Assembly: GCA_963752995.1 (NCBI GenBank)
Contig: CAVWAZ010000002.1
Span: 9,446-73,445 of the forward strand
Source: an uncultured delta proteobacterium
GTDB lineage: Bacteria; Desulfobacterota_D; UBA1144; Nemesobacterales; UBA2774
Direction: 5' to 3'
DNA length: 64,000 nucleotides
The notes beneath the pieces are model-generated. The model did no database searches, was not told the origin of the DNA, and saw only the letters and a program-made list of their open reading frames with translations. A program made the position numbers and the translations under genes. Positions 59,170 through 64,000 of the stretch are shown one piece after another. The stretch's first letter is position 1; each line of letters opens with the position of its first letter.

Positions 59170-60411
59170 TCAAGCCGTTTTCCGGACCGGAGCCTTCATG
59201 AAAAAGGCGCCCGCCGCCGCGATATAGCAGCAGATTATCGTGAACACGAACGGATACACGTACGACCCGGTAATGTCATGGACGTACCCCGCGAGTATCG
59301 GTCCCCCTATCGCGGCTATGGAGTAGGAAGTCCCGAATATCCCGTATATGGTGCCGAGCGCGCGAAGACCGAAAAACTTTCCGAGCAGGGTGGGAAAGAT
59401 GGGCACCCAGGCGCTGTAGAAGAACCCGAACAGGAACCCGAAAAGGTAGAACGCCCAGATGTGGTCGAAGACGAGGAGCAGTATTATGGAGCTGCCCTGG
59501 GCGAAGAAGCAGATGAGCAGGACTTTTCTATACTCGAGCACCTCGGCGAGTATGGACGAAAGGAGCGTCCTCCCTATGATGCTCCCGAGGCCTATTGCGG
59601 CGGGCGGGCCCGCTGCCGCCAAAGCGGCGACCTTCAGGTCTATCTCGAAGTTGTAGAACTGGGTTACGATTATCAGGAACGTGGTGAACCCGAGGAAGTA
59701 CATGGCGTACATGAGCCAGTAATTCGGGGTGGAGATCGCTTCCAAGGCGGTCCAGTCGCTCTTTTCCTCCGGAACGCCGGCGCCGCCCGACTTCTCGTCC
59801 CGGCCGTTGTCCTCCTCGCCGTAGGGCCTGAGGCTCATATCCGCGGGCCTCGCCCTCAGCACGAATGCGGCCATTATCACCGTCGTCATGAGCGCGCCTA
59901 AAGCGAAGAGGGCGTTCCTTACTCCGAACCCGTTTATGAGCCATGCCGTGAGCGGGTTGGTTATGAGCCCGCTAAGGGGCACGCCCGTCGTTATTATCCC
60001 GATGGCGAGCGCCCTCTTTTTTACGAACCACCTGCTTACGAGAGCGACGCATGTTATATACAGCACAGCGTCTCCGAGCCCGACGAAAAATCCGTAAGAG
60101 ATGTAAAGCTGCCAGGTAGTTTCCGCGACACCGGACATGAACATCCCCAGAGCCGCGATCAGTCCGCCCCCGAGTATCACCGCCCTCGGGTCGAACTTGT
60201 CTATCAGCCTGCCCGCGAGTATGAAAGCGGGGGCCTGAACTAATGACCTGAAAGAGAAGAGCGATGAGCCCGCGGCGCGGGTGAGCCCGAAGTCCTCGTT
60301 AAGGTAGGGAAGAAACACACCGAACGAGTAGAGCAGGAGGCCGTCCAGGATGATAATAAACAGTGAGGCTGCGACGATATACCAGCCGTAGAATATCTTT
60401 TTCCCGAACAT
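59170..60411 (-). CDS. MFS transporter (MCT/OFA-like)
   Basis: 'FYGWYIV', 'AGRLIDKFDPR', 'RWF.KKR.LA.G', about 12 TM helices. Confidence 0.9.
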   Translation of the reverse strand: MFGKKIFYGWYIVAASLFIIILDGLLLYSFGVFLPYLNEDFGLTRAAGSSLFSFRSLVQAPAFILAGRLIDKFDPRAVILGGGLIAALGMFMSGVAETTWQLYISYGFFVGLGDAVLYITCVALVSRWFVKKRALAIGIITTGVPLSGLITNPLTAWLINGFGVRNALFALGALMTTVIMAAFVLRARPADMSLRPYGEEDNGRDEKSGGAGVPEEKSDWTALEAISTPNYWLMYAMYFLGFTTFLIIVTQFYNFEIDLKVAALAAAGPPAAIGLGSIIGRTLLSSILAEVLEYRKVLLICFFAQGSSIILLLVFDHIWAFYLFGFLFGFFYSAWVPIFPTLLGKFFGLRALGTIYGIFGTSYSIAAIGGPILAGYVHDITGSYVYPFVFTIICCYIAAAGAFFMKAPVRKTA

Positions 60412-60576
60412 GCAGTCTCTCTTTATCGACTAAGGTTCTGAATCCGCGAAGGCGTTACCGGATTTTCCGGGCCGCGGGGTAACGCCTCATTCGTTAAGGG
60501 GGGTAATCATACCTGAAAAAGGCCGTGAGTTTCCATGCCCGAGCTTATACGCCGGGCAGGGCGGAGGCCCGGGGCC

Positions 60577-63054
60577 TCATCCCTGCACCTTCCCTATTTT
60601 CTGACCGACGGCGTTCGCCTGGCTTTCGTACTTGCCCGACTTCAGGGTTTCCTCCGCTTTTTTGAGCAGCGGGATATCTTTCTTCGTCCATTTCCCGGAT
60701 TCGGCTATTTCGGAAATCCGCTTGGCGAAATCGTCCCTCATGTTCTTCCGATCCGCCGTAAAATCCCAGTTGTCGAGATAGATGCCGAGCAGCGCCGCGC
60801 CCTGCTTGCTGCTGATCGAGGCGGGAACCTCCGCAGCGCCTGTGCCGATCCATGTAATCAGCGTCTCGGACTCCTCGTCCCCGCCGCTCGCATAGTGCGC
60901 GAGCAGGCGGACCTTGTCCGACTCCTGCGGGTATTTGTATGTGGAGCCTAGAACCATAAGCACGGCAGTCTTGTCGAGCGGGCTCATATTCCAGAGAGTC
61001 TGCCTGGCTTTGATGCGGATTATTATCCTCTTGTTCCTGAGCGTTTCCGCGGCTGCGTCCGCCTCGCCGCTCGCCGCATGCCCCATATTCCCTAACGCTT
61101 CGAGCGCTGCGAGCACACTGTTCGTATTCTCCTGTTTACTGTCATTCCTGGCTCTTATGAATTTACCGAGCTCGGGGGCCTGGTCCGATGCGGACGCGCC
61201 CATCCTGCCGAGCGCGGTCGCTGTAATCAGCTGAACCTTTTCGCTCTTGTCGTTGAGGAGCGCCGCGACATCGGCATTATATTTCCTCGCGGGCTCGCCG
61301 AAGCCGAGCAGGGCGTCGACGGCGTTGATCCTCACCTTTTCCGACTCGTCTTTCAACATCGCGGCTATCTCGGGTATGTAGGATTCGGCTGACGGCCCTA
61401 TCTGCCCGAGCGCCCATGCGGCTTCCGCGCGGACGGCCTCGTCCGGGTCTTTCAGGAGAGGAGCGATCTCCGTCACCTGAGCGTCCGAGCCGGGGCCAAT
61501 CTCTCCCAGGGCTTCGAGCGCCGATGACCTTATGGCCGGGTTCGGGTCCTTCAGGAGCGCTGCCACGGCAGGGGCCATGGGCCGCCCCTTTTCTCCGAGC
61601 TCCCTGAAAATAAATATCGCCGTACCGCGGAACTTTATTTCCCTCTTCTTCAGCAATCCCACGATCTTCTTCGACTGGGGCTCCGTGAATTTCCCTGTCG
61701 AGACGAGCGCCAAAGCTGCGTTGGCTCTCAGTAACTTATATGGGCTGTTGAGCAATCCTATTAATGTGTCCGTAATCTCCGGCCCGCCTGCGGCCATATC
61801 TTTTGACACTATGATTGCGTTGTACCTGACGATCTCATTGGTGCTTCTCGCCTGCTCCAGTATCTTCGGGGCATACTTTCTTCCCGCATCCCCCATTACG
61901 TTGAGCGTTTTCATCGCCGCTATACGCACCTCGGGGTAGGGGTCATTCAGGAGCTTGGCTACCTGAGGCGCTTTGTCCTCTGCGTTCGTCCCAAGCTCGC
62001 CGAGCGCCGCAAGGGCTCCCAGCCTCGCGTCGGTGTCGAGGTCCTTAAGCATGTACACGACCGCGTCTATGGTGCCGCTCTTCCCTATAGCCGTCTTGCC
62101 TATCGCCTGCGCCGCCTGGTCCCTAATCCTGGTGTTTTTATCTTTCAATAGCTCTACGACGGCGCGCCTCGATTCCTCCGGTATGTCGCCTATGTCGCCG
62201 AGCGCCTTCAAAGCGCTTTTTCTAACGTATTCGTTCTTTCTTTTCAATAGACCTGTGAGCTCGTCCGCGTAATCCGTCGATGCTTTCCCGAACGCGCCCA
62301 GGGCGGCGGCCGCTCTCATGACGACATCCGCGTCCTCATCGTTAAGGAGTTTCGCGATACCGGCGCTCTCGGCGGCTCCCGCGGGCCCCAGATTCCCGAG
62401 CACCTCCAACGCCCCGGACCTCGCGGAGGGGTTCGTATCACTCAGCAGTTTCACTATCGAGGGTATCAGCCGTTCGGCGGCTTCCGGGTTTTTCGAAATC
62501 AATTCGACGGCAGCCATATTCACTCTGTCGTTGCTATCGCTGAGGAACGGCACCGCCGCCTTAACCTGTTCGGGGCTGAGGCCGCCTATGTTACCGAGCG
62601 CCTGGAGCGCATCGTAGCGGACGCTCTGGTCTTTGTCGGTCAGGCCTTTCATGATTACGGGGATCAGGTCCCTCGATGACTCGCCCATCCCGCCCGCGGC
62701 CGTCATAGCGGCCCTCCGTATTTGCGGGTTCTCGTCCTTGAGGAGCTGCGGGAGTGAGGGTATATCGCTCCTTTTTTTCGACCTGGCAAGCTCATTTATC
62801 GCTTCTATCCTGACCTTGGGGTCCGGGTCCTTAAGGGCCAGGCTGAGCCCCTCGAGCTGCCATGGCTCGAAAACGGCCGCCGGTTCGATCGGCATCGCGG
62901 GTATTTTCTCGGATGCGTAACCGGGGGGTGCGAGAAGACATGCCGCCGCTATCGATATGGCAAGAAGGATAACGAGAGCGGGCCGCGGCCGGGCCGTATC
63001 CGGAATATCCACGCTCCTCTTTCCTGTGTAACTGCAGCTGTATGGCAAGTTCAT
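60577..63054 (-). CDS. Exported HEAT/PBS-lyase repeat protein
   Basis: Hydrophobic signal-like segment, then about 19 repeats of ~33 aa ('LLKD....VR..A..ALG.IG'). Confidence 0.85.
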   Translation of the reverse strand: MNLPYSCSYTGKRSVDIPDTARPRPALVILLAISIAAACLLAPPGYASEKIPAMPIEPAAVFEPWQLEGLSLALKDPDPKVRIEAINELARSKKRSDIPSLPQLLKDENPQIRRAAMTAAGGMGESSRDLIPVIMKGLTDKDQSVRYDALQALGNIGGLSPEQVKAAVPFLSDSNDRVNMAAVELISKNPEAAERLIPSIVKLLSDTNPSARSGALEVLGNLGPAGAAESAGIAKLLNDEDADVVMRAAAALGAFGKASTDYADELTGLLKRKNEYVRKSALKALGDIGDIPEESRRAVVELLKDKNTRIRDQAAQAIGKTAIGKSGTIDAVVYMLKDLDTDARLGALAALGELGTNAEDKAPQVAKLLNDPYPEVRIAAMKTLNVMGDAGRKYAPKILEQARSTNEIVRYNAIIVSKDMAAGGPEITDTLIGLLNSPYKLLRANAALALVSTGKFTEPQSKKIVGLLKKREIKFRGTAIFIFRELGEKGRPMAPAVAALLKDPNPAIRSSALEALGEIGPGSDAQVTEIAPLLKDPDEAVRAEAAWALGQIGPSAESYIPEIAAMLKDESEKVRINAVDALLGFGEPARKYNADVAALLNDKSEKVQLITATALGRMGASASDQAPELGKFIRARNDSKQENTNSVLAALEALGNMGHAASGEADAAAETLRNKRIIIRIKARQTLWNMSPLDKTAVLMVLGSTYKYPQESDKVRLLAHYASGGDEESETLITWIGTGAAEVPASISSKQGAALLGIYLDNWDFTADRKNMRDDFAKRISEIAESGKWTKKDIPLLKKAEETLKSGKYESQANAVGQKIGKVQG

Positions 63055-63380
63055 TAAACATCTCCCTCGGTACGGTCGTAATTTTTTCTGGCGGAGCCGC
63101 ATGTTCCCCTTGCTATCGGGGACTGCCGGCTGTGCGGTTCGGACAAAAAGGTATCCCTGACACTCCTGTAATTTCTATCCCGATTACTGGCTCCTAAAAT
63201 AGTATCCTATGTCCTCCGGCAGTCAATGATTATTCGCCGGGGCCCGGGGAGGGCCGGCCCGTGCGTGCGCTCAGGCGGTTTCGATAATTGCATGACCGTT
63301 TATACGGCCGGTTAAATCGAGTATTATTTTCTCACGGGTCGGGGAATTATCGGGTTAAGTGAGAGAGAGGAGCGAAAAAG

Positions 63381-63812
63381 ATGCCGTACGAAAGGGAAGA
63401 GCGGGATTTACTGACGATATTCAAAGACGGTATAAGCCAGGGCTTGAGGGTGCTTAATATAAGATCGAAAGAGGCATACGACACGCTTAAGATCAAAAAC
63501 ACGATCAGGCAGCTCGAGCGCAGGAGGAGGGAGGCGGTCTACGATTTGGGCGCTTCCGTCTACAGGACCTTCAAGCATACCGGGAAGGTCGTCGAGGACA
63601 CAGTGGCCGCCAGGTGTGCGGATATAGATAGAATAGAATCCGAGATCGAGGGGTGGAATGAGAATCTGAAGCTCGTACACGTGAACGCCCAGAAGGCCCT
63701 CGGAAGCGTCAAGGCCCTCGCCAAACCCAGGGTCGCCGCGTTCTGCGACTGCGGGGCCGAGATAGAGGAAGGGGCCGGATATTGCGGTCAATGCTACAAG
63801 GAGCTCAATTGA
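63381..63812 (+). CDS. Coiled-coil protein with C-terminal zinc ribbon
   Basis: 'FCDCGA......YCGQC'; SD GAGGAG. Confidence 0.75.
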   Translation: MPYEREERDLLTIFKDGISQGLRVLNIRSKEAYDTLKIKNTIRQLERRRREAVYDLGASVYRTFKHTGKVVEDTVAARCADIDRIESEIEGWNENLKLVHVNAQKALGSVKALAKPRVAAFCDCGAEIEEGAGYCGQCYKELN

Positions 63813-63982
63813 GCGCGCAGGGGGCGCTTCCGGTTTCGTTACGGCGGGGGCAAGACCCGGCCGCCGCGGAGATTTTTTAGATTATCCGTCTTGCCTAAGG
63901 CGCAAACATTATTGAAATTATATTGACATGGGACCTGATCCGATATAGAGTTTGAAGAGATGGGGTCATAATTTTCCATGAC

Positions 63983-64000
63983 CGAAAAGGCAAACCATTC
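63983..64000 (+). ncRNA. Possible 5' part of a c-di-GMP-I (GEMM-I) riboswitch, cut by window edge
   Basis: CGAAAAGGCAAACCATTC matches the GGCAAACCAUUC segment of the Vc2 aptamer; TTGACA at 63923 upstream. Confidence 0.35.

Noticed and set aside
1-64000. CRISPR array, rRNA, integrase, transposase or defence genes
   Set aside because: No regularly spaced direct repeats or diagnostic protein motifs were seen; short or degenerate elements could be missed by eye.

Overview
Bacterial chromosomal window, probably from a metagenome assembly. It may belong to a Dadabacteria/Desulfobacterota-like aerobe, but this is only an impression from protein style. Bases 1-14.6 kb are a visibly AT-richer, co-oriented surface-glycan island: Wzm/Wzt export, several glycosyltransferases, a PhyH dioxygenase, a radical SAM with a stand-alone SPASM partner, sulfotransferase-like, methyltransferase, GT-C, UbiA-type phosphoribosyltransferase, SGNH and nucleotidyltransferase-like genes. 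The island ends at an orphan 3' half of tRNA-Ser(UGA), followed by a cupin gene and a hairpin-rich non-coding block. The rest is GC-richer core/accessory genome: rsmI, gshB-gatC-gatA, nfi, iorAB, carA, an HD-GYP regulator, gatB, an Ogg-like glycosylase, FUSC/HlyD, NhaP, an ECF sigma/RskA pair, DegP, NDH-2, a caa3 oxidase-Rieske/cytochrome bc operon, TamA-like, Tat, MFS and a HEAT-repeat protein. Three genes, possibly four, carry single-base insertions, which are probably assembly errors. Best leads are the glycan-tailoring island with its split rSAM/SPASM, the tRNA-half junction, two apparent pseudo-enzymes (Ogg lacking its catalytic Lys; M3-like lacking HExxH), a 13-bp inverted repeat overlapping the putative ndh promoter, a hidden DUF547 remnant, and a possible c-di-GMP-I riboswitch cut by the right edge. 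No CRISPR array, rRNA, integrase or transposase was seen.
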